NCBI GenBank assembly: GCA_040285825.1
Contig: JAUPSS010000007.1
Coordinates: 1,264,501 to 1,328,500 of the forward strand
DNA: 64,000 bases
Reading direction: 5' to 3'
DNA from: Eukaryota sp. TZLM1-RC
Taxonomy: Eukaryota > Protista > Metamonada: BaSk clade
Part shown: piece after piece, positions 37,455 through 49,800 of the stretch
Layout: each line of letters opens with the position of its first letter
Numbering within the stretch: the stretch's first letter is position 1
Notes under the pieces: model-generated
Database searches by the model: none
What the model was told of the DNA's origin: nothing
The model's input: the letters and a program-made list of their open reading frames with translations, nothing else
Position numbers and translations under genes: made by a program

Positions 37455-37740
37455 GAGGCCTGATAACGAGCCAAAGGCCTAGTGACAAGAGGATTTGTAG
37501 ATCGAAATATATGATTGAAGCCGGAACTAAAATACAGTCTTATAGAGATAAATTTAATGTGTTTTTGTATATCTAAATTCATCATTCGGTCAATTTTGTC
37601 AGAAATTGAGTTCAACTTTTCAAACAATTTTTAGGTAATTTCATCATTATTTCCTAAAAACGAACCCAAAGGACGAATAGGATCAATTGAATATAATTTG
37701 GCTTGAATTTCAATACCATCAACTTTTGGGGAGTTCATCT
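37455..37740 (-). mobile_element. Family A post-RT fragment
   Basis: KHIKFISIRL..SSGFNHIFRSTNP matches ORF 39186. Confidence 0.75.
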
Positions 37741-37861
37741 AAAAAAAGTTGAAAAATACTTAAATCAATATGAATTTGAATTTACTTAATATCAATTCTT
37801 TTCATGGATTGTGCAAAGTGTTGCAATTGAATGGTAATTTTAAGTTAATTATAAAAAACAT

Positions 37862-38600
37862 AATGAATTGTCAAATAATGCAGATTGTTTGAAAAACAGA
37901 CTTATAAATTTAAACCAACACTTGATTATGAGCTCAATGATGAAAACTTGTTAAGCAAATTAATTACTACACGATGAGATTAAACTACAAGTGGAAAAAA
38001 TGTGAAATGAGAGAATTTATTGACAAAAGAAAAATGCAGAAACAATCAAACGGCAAAGGTTATAAAAAAGGACCATGTTCATTATGCCATGAATTAATCA
38101 ATGACGTTAATTTTTGTGGAATCTGTAATATGTTTCAATTATTCTGTAAAACTGAATTTTGTGGTAAATTTTATGAAATATGACACAATAATAAATGTCA
38201 GAAAGACTTGGTTAAACAGAATTGTTGAAAAAATCAGCAAACTTTTGTCCCAATTGTTTAGTTCCAATTCATAAAATTGATGGCTATTCTCAAATGTGGT
38301 GCAAACAATGTCACACAACATTTGATTGGGACAGTGGTCGAATTATTACTGGAACAACACATAATCCAAACTATCTTGAATACATGCACAATCGAGGATC
38401 AAACGAAGAGTTTGGTCGCACAACAATTCATGCTTTTAAGAACAGACAAATAGAAATATCTGTTTATTCAGACCTGTTTTAATTCAAATATTCTGTTGAA
38501 ATCATTTAATTGGTCATGAAATTGTAGATTGCAGAAATAAAATTGAATATAAAAACAATTTAAAATATTATCGTGAGAATAAATCAGACTGGTTTAAAAG
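37862..38600 (+). pseudogene. Decayed RBR/IBR-type E3 ligase gene resembling NCLDV (giant virus) genes
   Basis: CPNCLVPIHKIDGYSQMWCKQCHTTFDWDSGRI...HNPNYLEY, with upstream Cys clusters (CSLC, CGICNM, CKTEFCGK) and frameshifts. Confidence 0.65.
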
Positions 38601-39498
38601 TGAATATATAAAAGAACGATGAATCAAAATGAATCATGTGTCATTGGGTTTTAGTAATGCATTCAATTCACTCAGTCGTTGCAGTATTCATGGTGCTTTG
38701 TTGCAATATATGCCGGAATTAATACCGTTTTTCCAATCAACATATAGCACAAATTCTAATTTACATTTTGGTAATTCCATTGTAAATTCAGCAAGTGGTG
38801 TTAAACAAGGGGATACTTTAGGACCTCTTTGTGTTGCTTACACATTCATCCTAATTTATTGCAAATTCAAGAAATGTTTTCTTTGCTAAAAATGATTGCA
38901 TATATGGATGTTGTTGTTCTTATAGGTGATTTACATATTGTGAAGAAAGCAACTGTATGTTTTGATGAATTATTTACTAAAATTGGCCTCTGACTTAATT
39001 TACTGACTGAAATGTGTTTTGTTATCGAATTCTCCAGTTTCCACAATATTTGATGGTATTGAAATTCAAGCCAAATTATATTCAACTGAAGCTATTCGTC
39101 ATTTGGGTTCGTTTTTAGGAAATAATGATGAAATTACCAAAAATGGTTTGAAAAGTTGAACTCAGTTTCAGATACAATTGACTGAATGATGACTTTAGAT
39201 ACACAGAAACATATCAAATTTACCATTATAAGACTGTGTTGTAGTTCCAATTTCAATCATATATTTCGATCTACAAACACTGCTGTCACTAGGCCTTTGG
39301 CTCAAAAGTTTAATGAGATACGTGCAAAAGTTTTGTCACAATTACTGGGATGTAAAATGTTCCAAATTCCAGACCATGCTTATCTTAGTCCACATTATGG
39401 CGGTTTCGGTTGGACGAAGGCTTCTATTCTTACTTCATGTACTTTTATAGGTGGATGTAGAAATGCAATCTTTGAGTTTTCCGAAGGGTTTGCAGATT

Positions 39499-40605
39499 TT
39501 TTTAACTGGAATATTTATTGAGATAAAAATAACCATCTAGAATTCAATATCCTCCAAACAAGCGTCACTATTACTGAACCTACTCACAGCATTACGTTCA
39601 TATTCCACACCAATAGCTAAAAGTGCCTTTGAAATCATTGTTGAAATAGACTTGAAAATGCAAAAAACAATTCTATTTAACCAGAAAGTGGAATTCATTG
39701 TTTTACCAGACCTATTCAGTAACATTTTTTTAAAATTTTCCAAAAAGTGCAACCCTGAAGGTCCAATATTGCCAAAAAGAGAAATTGCAAACGGCACAAA
39801 CTGATATTTCACATGTTCCACTCTACCTAACTGTGCCAAAGGTTCTTCATATTTTTTATCTTCTTTTTTTTTCGGCGTTAGATAACGGCGAATCAGCGGA
39901 ATACACTAAACGAGCAGCAGAACTTTTGCAAACATCAACTGAGACAACATCTACAACATTGAGAACACCATCGATCCCTGGAGCTACTAAATCTGCCCTT
40001 CTTTTACCAAAGGAATCATCAGTTTGATCTGAAGATAGCTTACGAACTAATGGCTCAATAAATGCCTCTATATTGAAACTTTTGCACATGGCATATAATT
40101 GATTACGAACTGAGTCATGAACAATTGAGCGATAAGTTATAAAATACTTACAGTTTAAAATATGGAACAGTGTAACAACACTCTTGCAGCGACAAATTAA
40201 ATCATTTGGTAAAGAACAAGGCCATAGAAAACATCTCATTCTCATTGCAGTGGTCCATTGGTGATCAGTGAGTAGAAGACCATAAATGTTGGGAATTTGG
40301 GAGATTAGGCAACTTGAGCAACTGTCTTCAAGATCAGTCAAAAAGTTTGCAAAAACGGGATTTTTTTCTTGAGCCAAGCAAAGACGTATAATATAATCCA
40401 AGTTTTTCTAAAAATTTTAAGATATTTTTCTGCAATTTTGCAAAAGTCAGTGGTAAGGAAAGCAAGCTTCTTGGAGGAAGCTTCACAATATCAGAGGGAA
40501 AAACATCAGAGGGAAAAACATTTGGACCAAATATTTGGTGAAAGATTTTCAATTTCCTGTTGCAAAGAAATAAGATAAGAGCGATAATTTTCAATGATTT
40601 CAATA
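39499..40605 (-). mobile_element. 5'-truncated family D copy with 11-bp TSD
   Basis: Zn finger CRC..HILNC and RLE KRRADLV..VVDV. GTTTGCAGATT occurs at 39488-39498 and 40606-40616. Confidence 0.88.
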
Positions 40606-41134
40606 GTTTGCAGATTGGGAGAGTTTATTGATGACAACGGAAAGTTCCACAGTTTTTGCATTAAATGAAGAAAATGCAAAAATTGATGTTGAAAATTGGA
40701 GTCGATGCTTATCCCAATCATGCAATGGCAATATTCCAGAAAAGAATCTTTTAAATTTAAAATACACTCTTCGAACATTACAGAAACGAAGGACTGGAAT
40801 GTATGAAAATGATTTTTATAATGATGAATGCATCTCGGCTGTTTTAAATCGAGATCTCCACTCATTGTTATAGGAAATGGGTGTTTGTGAAAACAAGTCA
40901 TCAGATACTTCACTTTTTGTAACTATTTTCAATATGGCACAAACTGCAAGAATATCGTGTATCAAAGAGCCTCTGCTGAAGGAAACACTTTCTCTGAATG
41001 ATTTTGGTTCTGATGATAGAAGTGATGTATACTGTGATTGGATTGATAATTTTGAAGCTATTGTTGACTTTGTCTCATTTAATGTTGCAAATGATACTTT
41101 GGTTCACAGAAGAATATCAGTGCTCCTTTCAGTG

Positions 41135-42022
41135 CTAAAGAAAAAAATCCTGTTTTTGCAAACTTTTTAATTGACCTCAAGGATAGTAGCTCAAGTTGTC
41201 TTATTTCCCAGATTCCAAATGTATATGGTCTATTATTAAATGATCATCAATGGACTACTGCCTTCAGGATGAGGTGTTTTCTGTGGCCATGTAGTGTGCC
41301 AAATGATTTGATTTGTCGTTGTGGTCAGCTCATTAATCTGAATCATTTATTTAATTGCAAATTTAATATTACACATCGTTCAGTTGTTCTAGATGCCGTT
41401 AGAGACCAACTATACGCTATGTGCAAAAGTCATCACATTGAAGCTTTTGTTGAACCACTTGTGCGAAGGTTGGCATCTGAAAATGAAGATGAAAATACTT
41501 TTGGGAAACGCCGTGCTGATTTAATTACCTTCTGGGTCTAATGGTGTTATTAAAGTTGTTGATGTTGTCACTGTTGATGTTTGTAAAGACTCAGCAATTG
41601 ATTTTGCTAAAAGAGATGAAACTCCACTTTGCTTTGCTGAAAAGAGCAAAATCAAAAAGTACAATGAACCCTTATCTCAGCTAGGACGTGTTGAGCATGT
41701 CAAGTATCAGTTGGTTCCATTTGCTGTTTCTCTTTTTGGTAACATTGGAATATCTGGCATTAAATTTCTTGAAGGTTTCAGAAGTTTAATAAAAGAAAGA
41801 GCAGGAAAAGAATTGAACTTCAATTTCTGGCACAATAGAATTTTTTTAGTATTCTTAAAGCAATTCCAGAAATGTTGACCAAAGCACTGTTACAATTGGG
41901 AATAGAGTATGAAAATCGCGCGCTTAAAAGATTTGATGATGTTGATGCTTGTATTGAGGATTTTGAGTTCTAGTTGTTTGTTTAATGTTTTGTTAGCGTT
42001 GAAAATAAATTTCATTTTTTTT
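41135..42022 (+). mobile_element. 5'-truncated family E copy (relative of D) with 11-bp TSD
   Basis: MRCFLWP..CRCG..HLFNC..KRRADL. TCCTTTCAGTG occurs at 41124-41134 and 42023-42033. Confidence 0.85.
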
Positions 42023-43111
42023 TCCTTTCAGTGTTCTTGATTGTAAAGCAAAAGAAAAACATAGAAAATATGATAATGATATCGAAAAAACTAATGCTGG
42101 TAGAAATACACAGTTAGTTTCTATTACTTTCCCATTTTCAATAATTTGAACATTTTCAGTTGAAGCAGAAACTTTTTTGAATGACTTCCAAACAATGGTT
42201 CAAGAAAAAACAATGAAAAGATTTGACATTTTTTTATGGCGTTCTCGGATTCAGGTTGCCATTATTAATGGTATACCTCGGTTTTTCAATCGAATAAGAG
42301 GAGCTTTAGCTAGACAGCAAGCAGATCAAGATTTTGTAGAGGAAATCTTGGTTCAATGATAGTCGTCCCATTAGTTATGAGTTAATTTAATTAGTGTGCT
42401 TGTTCAATAAATACGTAATAAATGTTGTTGAAGACAATTTTGTTTGCAAATTAACACTTTAACATGATAGTGTGGATAACTGGAACAGTTAGTGGGTTTT
42501 TCTGAAATTAGACAGAAAGTGTCAAAACCAAAGTATTCCCGATGAAGTGTTCAGTAATCCTCGAGAATAAATAAGTGAGAATATTGGAATAAATAAAAAT
42601 ATAAACACAAAGAAGTTATCTTTGAGAAAAGTTATTGTGTTATCAAACATTTTCTTGGTTATGATTATGACTCTCTACATTAATTGAATAATATGATTGA
42701 AAATTATGATTGAATAAGAATCATCATTTTACTGCCTCTATGATCATTATTAGAAATTAAAAAGTCATCTATCACATGAGATTGCTACCAAAAAGCACCA
42801 ATACAGTGATAGTAGCATTGGATCTAGAAACTCTGGATTGGATGAAACTCTTGAATGTGGAAGTAGGATATCGCATATGTATCAGCAGTATCAACCCAAT
42901 TTGTCTATTCAGGACAATCTACCCGAGAACACACCGAATTGATTGGCTTAATCCATATAGAGGGTAGAATTCCTCAATAATTTTCATGCGAAACAAGAAT
43001 GAAAGTAATTTATTGAGGTCCTCGTGTCTAAGTACAGAGTCTATGTTGACAATGTCACTCTAATGATAAATCTAGGTCTGAACTCATGAAAGAAGGAGAA
43101 ATCACATGACT

Positions 43112-43444
43112 TTAATAGCAATTGGCACGGATATGACAAATTGTGTCTGTCTGTCTTCGAATTCTACACCCACACCCAGAGCACTGGCAGCGGTTCAATC
43201 CAAATTCAACTGTTAACACAGCTGCATCATTGGCATACTGTACTTTAGACCGCGTACCCGTACTGGTAGCAAATCCTGGTGAGTAGGGCCATATGACAGA
43301 AGTGGGTGTTCTATCCCAAGACCCATTCGTAGAATGGTCACCTGCTCTTATAGCTCGATTCGATGAGTCATTATCGATTGAAAGATAATAAAGTTGCTTT
43401 GATGAACATAGTAGGAACAATGTGAATATCACTAACAGTTTCAT
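43112..43444 (-). CDS. Small secreted protein (110 aa) with a Cys-rich C-terminus
   Basis: Signal-peptide-like MKLLVIFTLFLLCSS; an intact, relatively GC-rich ORF between AT-rich flanks. Confidence 0.6.
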   Translation of the reverse strand: MKLLVIFTLFLLCSSKQLYYLSIDNDSSNRAIRAGDHSTNGSWDRTPTSVIWPYSPGFATSTGTRSKVQYANDAAVLTVEFGLNRCQCSGCGCRIRRQTDTICHIRANCY

Positions 43445-43499
43445 GTGTTGAGATGTGTATTTCGTGGTGTAATAGTGCAATACAAGGATCGCGAAAATA

Positions 43500-43894
43500 C
43501 CAACTCATTTAACACAATTGAATTTATGGCATCTGAATTATTGGATGTAGAACCAGGAATGTTGAAAAGTCACTTATTTTCTTCAGCAAATTTGGGTGGT
43601 ATTGGATTTACTAAATCTTCAATTTTGTGTCACTCAGCATTCTTGGGTGGTGGCAAAAAATTGATTGATGAATTTTCTCGTAGATTTCCTGATGATTCTC
43701 ATCTGTTAGTTCCCAGTTGTAGTCCATATTTGCATGAGTTATCTTGTGAACTTGATAGATTGCCACCACAAATTTGGAACAAATGTTGTCCTCAATCAAT
43801 TCAAGAAATTCCAAACCGATCTCTTTTTCATTTACAGTTTTGCTGTTCAAAGCTTCAAAAAAAATTGTCAAAGATTTTTGAAAGCTTGGATTTT
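43500..43894 (+). mobile_element. Internal family D/E-like fragment hosting the next insertion
   Basis: NLGGIGFTKS...KLQKKLSKIFESLDF. Confidence 0.7.
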
Positions 43895-44773
43895 TTTAAA
43901 AAACTGGAATATTTATTGAGATAAAAATAACCATCTAGAATTCAATATCCTCCAAACAAGCGTCACTATTACTGAACCTACTCACAGCATTACGTTCATA
44001 TTCTACACCGACAGCTAAAAGTGCCTTTGAAATCATTGTAGGAATAGACTTGAAAATGCAAAAAACAATTCTATTTAACCAGAAAGTGGAGTTCATTATT
44101 TTACCAGACCTATTCAGTAACACTTTTTTAAAATTTTCCAAAAAGTGCAACCCTGAAGGTCCAATATTGCCAAAAAGAGAAATTGCAAACGGCACAAACT
44201 GATATTTCACATGTTCCACCCTACCTAACTGTACCAAAGGTTCTTCATATTTTTTATCTTCTTTTTTTCAACATTAGATAACGGCGAATCAGCGGAATAG
44301 ACTAAACGAGCAGCAGAATTTTTGCAAACATCAACTGAGACAACATCTACAACATTGAGAACACCATCGATCCCTGGAGCTACTAAATCTGCCCTTCTTT
44401 TACCAAAGGAATCATCAGTTTGATCTGAAGACAGCTTACGTACTAGTGGCTCAATAAATGCCTCTATATTGAAACTTTTGCACATGGCATATAATTGATC
44501 ACAAACTGAGTCATGAACAATTGAGCGATAAGTTATAAAATACTCACAGTTTAAAATATGGGACAGTGTAACAACACTCTTGCAGCGACAAATTAAATCA
44601 TTTGGTAAAGAACAAGGCCATAGAAAACATCTCATTCTCAATGCAGTGGTCCATTGGTGAACATTAAGTAGAAGGCCATAAATGTTGGGAATTTGGGAGA
44701 TCAGGCAACTTGAACAACTGTCTTCAAGATCAATCCAAAAGTTTGCAAAAACGGGATTTTTTTCCTTAGCCAA
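43895..44773 (-). mobile_element. 5'-truncated family D copy with 14-bp TSD
   Basis: Near-identical to 39499-40375. AAAGCTTGGATTTT occurs at 43881-43894 and 44774-44787. Confidence 0.9.
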
Positions 44774-44875
44774 AAAGCTTGGATTTTGAGAATTTCAATG
44801 TAAGATTCATTTCATCTTCATATACCAGAAATCTCAACATATTACTACTATTTGATATTTTTGTGCTGTTAGCCG

Positions 44876-46864
44876 ATGTCTGATGAAGAACCAATCATGT
44901 TTGAGGAACCCATTCCTCTTCCTTCTGTCGATCTGATCAGTCCATCCTTCCGAGAATGCCTCTCCTTCTCCACCAATGCCATCCTTAGTCCTTCTTCTCC
45001 CGATTTCAAATCTTGGAGGGACAGTGGCATTCCCGCAGGGTTCAACTTTTCCATCCCCACAGCATTTGCTTCCACAGACCTCGATCTTCCTCTTCTTTCC
45101 CCCAAACCCCCATCCTGCTCCCACTGCGGTACATGGTTATGCTCTTTCGCCTCCGTTGATGGTAGTTCGTGGACGTGTCCTGTCTGCAATGAAACCAATA
45201 CTACTGATGATGACGTCACCATTCCTCCCTCAAAACCATACGTTGATTACCTCATGTCTTCTCTTCCATTGTCGCAGGCTCAAGCCGATCCTTTGCATTT
45301 CGTTTTCGTTCTTTGTGCTTCCCAGAAAACAAATGTTTTATCTTTTTTTGAAACTTTAAAGGAATTAATTAATCCAGAGATTGAGTATTTATTTAAGTTT
45401 GGCTTAATTTTCAATCACGAATTACCTTCTTTTTATTGTAAGAATACTTTTTTGGCTGCCCCAGACCAATCATTTTTTCAATCATTTTCTGACCTGTTGC
45501 CGGTTATTCATGACCTTCTCGAGACTTTTGAAGATGATGACATCACCGATTCTCCAAATTTTGAGTTAATTGCACAAAATTTTGACAACAACTTCATTTC
45601 TTTTGCTCTTTTTACAAATAATGCCATTAAATCTATTCAATCTTATAAAAAAGTTGATGCAAACTACATGCTTTCTATTTTTAGTAACAATTGTAACCGT
45701 GATGACCTTGATTTTGACCCGGATCCACGTGTTTCAGTATTCAACCTGGAAAGTGCATCAGTTTCTGTTTCTGTTTTTTATTCAAAATCACAATCACTTT
45801 TATTTTCTTCAATTTTGGCTCCAAAAGTGACCCTCATGGCAGTCAGGTCAACGCCAGTCCTCAAAAAGTCAAGTAAAGTCCTTGGCAGTCTTGCACATTC
45901 GCCAGATATTGAGATTTCTGAGCGTCATTCTAGACTTGTATATCCTCTATCGACTTTTTCAAGGGAATTCTCTTTAATTTTTGACCTTGATGAACGATTG
46001 CTGACTGTTGATGATGTTGTGATTCAAGTTTCCTGTAGATTCCCGACTGTCATTCGTGATGACGGTCACCTACACGTTGCTTCTGTTCTTCGAGTTTGCA
46101 GTAGAAGATTGCCAGTTTTGAATGATTTATCTGAATTGTTAAAAGAATTCATATCACCTATTTCAGGTTTAATTCTTTTTGGCAAAGGGCTCATTAATCA
46201 AAAACTCAATCAAACTTCTATGATGACGTGATTTGATGGGTTAGCCAAGTGTTTACTTTCTGTTTCTAGTATAAATGCAAACACAAGTGAATTACTCAAT
46301 TTTCTTTATTTTTGCAGAAATAGACTTAAATTTTCACCTCAATTTGTTTTTTCAATTTGTAATTTACCAATTTCTATTTTAAAAACCTTGATTGTTCCTA
46401 CTATTTATAAATTTTCTACCGAAGATGCCCCCCAACGCACAAATCCAGGCAAACGTGATTTGATTGATCAAAATGATTGGATTATAGTTGATTATGGCCT
46501 TAATGTTGCGTCTATACCACCAGAAATTAATGAATTTGGAGATGAATTTGCAAAAGAAATTGATAACTTTATTATTAGTTTATTTGACAAAAAAACAGAA
46601 GATTATGGCAGCAGTGAATTCAAATTTACAAAGATTGTTACAGCAAAAAGAAGTCTCTTGAATTCGATTACTGTAGATAGTGAAGGCAAAATTAATGCTG
46701 AGAATTTAAAAGGTATTTTTGAAAAAATTTCTGAATGCACCACCAAAAAGAGTTTAAATATTTTGAACAAAATTTCTGATTTTCTGGGAATAACAGGTGA
46801 AATAGTTGAGGAAAATGGAATTAATGACTACTATTTGACAATGTCAGATAAAATTTGCGAATAA
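44876..46864 (+). CDS. Divergent Sec23/Sec24-family protein with a single in-frame TGA at 46229-46231
   Basis: Zn finger PPSCSHCGTWLCSF...WTCPVCNETN, trunk start HFVFVLCAS, a beta-sandwich, and gelsolin-like WIIVDYG. ORFs 44876-46231 and 46388-46864 share a frame with no other stop between them. Confidence 0.65.
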
Positions 46865-46889
46865 AATGTATAATTGGTTATAAATTTTG

Positions 46890-49800
46890 TTATTTTTTCT
46901 TCTTTTTCCCTTTTTTATCGCTTTTTCTTTTAGTTAATCTTGTACTTATAAATGATTCTTGATTGATTAAAATTTGATGGATTGAATGAAAATCACCAAG
47001 TTCAATCGAAGACACGTCATCCAAAATTTGATTAGATGATCTGTATTTCGATTCCTCTAAAATTTGAACACCTTGACAATGTTGACGAAGAGGGTCACCT
47101 TCAGAAAAACTTTCCAACTTTGCAGGAGTAATATCATAAAGATGTAAGAGAGCTTTTTGAGCCGCACTCGCCAAAATTTGCCATCTGCAGTCGATATCAA
47201 GTGATCTGTTCTTTAAAATTTGGTCTTCTGACAACTCTTTTGGAATGAGCTCAATAGTGTCTTCATTTTCGACTTTCTCAAATATTAAATTTTCTAAATT
47301 TTCGATAACCTTCAAAACTTGATCTTGAAATGATCCTAATTTCGAACAAGTAAATAATACTTGATCAAAATTATGAAAAGGAAAATGAACAGTGCAACGA
47401 ATGATTGTCTCCATCAAAACCAATCTGCAATAATCAAAATTTGATTGATTGGGAAGATTTTGAGCGAACGGAAACCTTAATAAATCACTAATGAAGGTTC
47501 TGAATAAATATCTTTTATGCTGAATCAAATTAAATAATTCATTGATTTGAATATAAAAGTATTGTTGCCATTCCTGACTGGGTGACGTGATGTGATTGAC
47601 TAAAACAGTCAATAACCCTTTGGAAATGACCGGACACACAATACTTTCAAATCTGTTTAGCAAATTAGTAATAGATTGGGCCGATTTGAGCCTGATTGAT
47701 GCACAATTTGTGAACAAAGTCGAAAATTCATCTGCATTGTAGTCCAAATTTTCAAAATTTGGTACATGCAAAGGAGTGAAAATCAACTGGGAAAAGATCA
47801 CTGCAAGCTCAGATGGTAAGACCAAGCCAAAATTTGACAAAACTTCTAAAAAATTGGTGCAACTACTCCAAAGACCGATCAAATCTGATTGATTGCAATT
47901 TGATTGTCGTGTTGACAAAGCACGTTTAATCATTGGCAAAAATTTGGTTGCTATACAAACTGAACAATTATCGCCTTCATCAGAACTCAAATTTTCGGAA
48001 TTTTGAACAATTTTGCCTTCCTTCTGTAAAACCGAAACAGAGTTAGTAATTAATTGGGTCAAAATTGTGATTTGATGACGTGACGGTGACGTGACGAGTT
48101 TCCAGTTTCCTAAAATGGAACAAATAAAGGTCGACAACTTCGGAAACCGGTCAATAATCCAAAAAGCTGATGGTACAGTTAAAGTTGACATTTGGATAAA
48201 ACTTTGCTCATTCTTGGTTTCCTCTAGAGAAAGAAAAACACCGAGTTGTCTGAAAGCGACGTAATGACAAATTATTAAAAAATTCAAAACAGAGCTCAAC
48301 TGTAGATCAGTAAAGCTCATGACAAACGCAGTTACAGCTGACAGTAACCTATGTGGAGTGTTGACTGAATATTTCGAAATATTTGCCAAATTTTCATTTG
48401 ACTTCAACAATAAACTACAAAGATCATCAGTACTTGTGACAAGCAAAGACTTGTCTGCCACAAATGCAATTCCAGTTAATTTCTTCAGAAATCCCTTGAC
48501 CCCATCAATGATTTTTGACCTGTTGACGTGATTCTCTGACAGAATACCAACTAATTTTGCTGCCGAATAAATAGAGTTGGGACTGCTAATTTGCTCTTGT
48601 AGAGAAACCTTTATGCATTTGTCCATTAAAATAGTTGATGTAGTTTCGGTTGGTCTTCCTGGTAAAATATGCGAAATTATCATCAAAAAAAGGTCAAGAG
48701 AATCGGAAATCAGAGCTCTATGAGTCATTACAGTGATTTGGTCTGATGACGTGTCTGATTTTGGTGACGTGTCATTTTTATCTGATCTTGGAGCAGGAGG
48801 ATTCAATAATGCAATCAGAAGATCATCAGAAAAGAGATCAGCCATCAAATGTGCTAAAATTTTGGCGAATGAATTGAAAATTTGGACTAAACAATGAACA
48901 AAACTTAAATTTTCAACAGTAATCTCTTTTTCATTTAACAAATTTTCACAACTTTTCACCAAATATTTCATTAAACAGACAAAAATTTGACGTGTTTTTA
49001 ATTGTCCTGGTTTTAAATTTTCCTCCCTCAATACCAAATATTCAGGAATAGATTCATTCAAGAGTTCAATATTTAGATTACTTTGAGCCATCAGAATTAA
49101 AATTTTGGCCCTGTTTTTAAGAGATCCAGGGTTGATCTCTTCTCTGAGCATCAAGGGTGTCATTGTAAAAGGTTCAAAATTTGGCAGAGAGGAGAAAAAC
49201 AAGTCAAAAGAAAGAGAGATGGCATGGTCTCTAACAGAATCCTCGGGGTCAGTTAAAAAGGTCAATAATGACGTGATCAATTTGATTGTGATTGAATTAT
49301 TTTGAAGATTTTTGAGTAGTAAAATTTTGACAATATTTAAAACCTTCGCACGGACAGAAACTGACACGTCATCGGCCACAGAAAGGATCATTGAAACGTA
49401 ATTCTCAACAGTCTCCAAAATTTCAGATTCAATCAAATTTGATTTCAATTTGTCATCAATCAAATCAAAAATAAATCCAATTGTGGTAGTCTTGACAGTA
49501 GCGCTGTCATCTTTTAAAAAATTGGGCAAAATTTCAATCAATTGTCGATGAAGGTCAGAACTATTGATAGTGGCTGCCGTTTGCAAAACAGCTTTAACGG
49601 CCCATGATTTAATTGCAGGAGGTGCTGTGAAAGCAAACGAGATTAACTTTTGAAAAATAAAATTATGAGTTTGTGTGGTGAAAATAGAATGACCTGACAA
49701 AGTAGGAACAAATGAAAGAAAAAGGCTGATTGCCCATGATGATTTGATTGATGACGTCATCGGAAAGTGATTGAGATTGACTGATTTGATTGCGGTTTTG

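Larger units (their letters stand above)
38630..42411 (+). mobile_element. Family A element (RT through 3' UTR) carrying two nested insertions
   Basis: RT motifs FSNAFNSL and SGVKQGD. The sequence resumes after each TSD (RFADWESLL-like at 40606; cttgattgtaaagc at 42036) and ends in the family A 3' UTR. Confidence 0.82.

Noticed and set aside
12209-46231. Genome-wide UGA=Trp code
   Set aside because: TGG is used for Trp throughout, and TGA terminates the Rex1-like and PUF-like ORFs at plausible ends.
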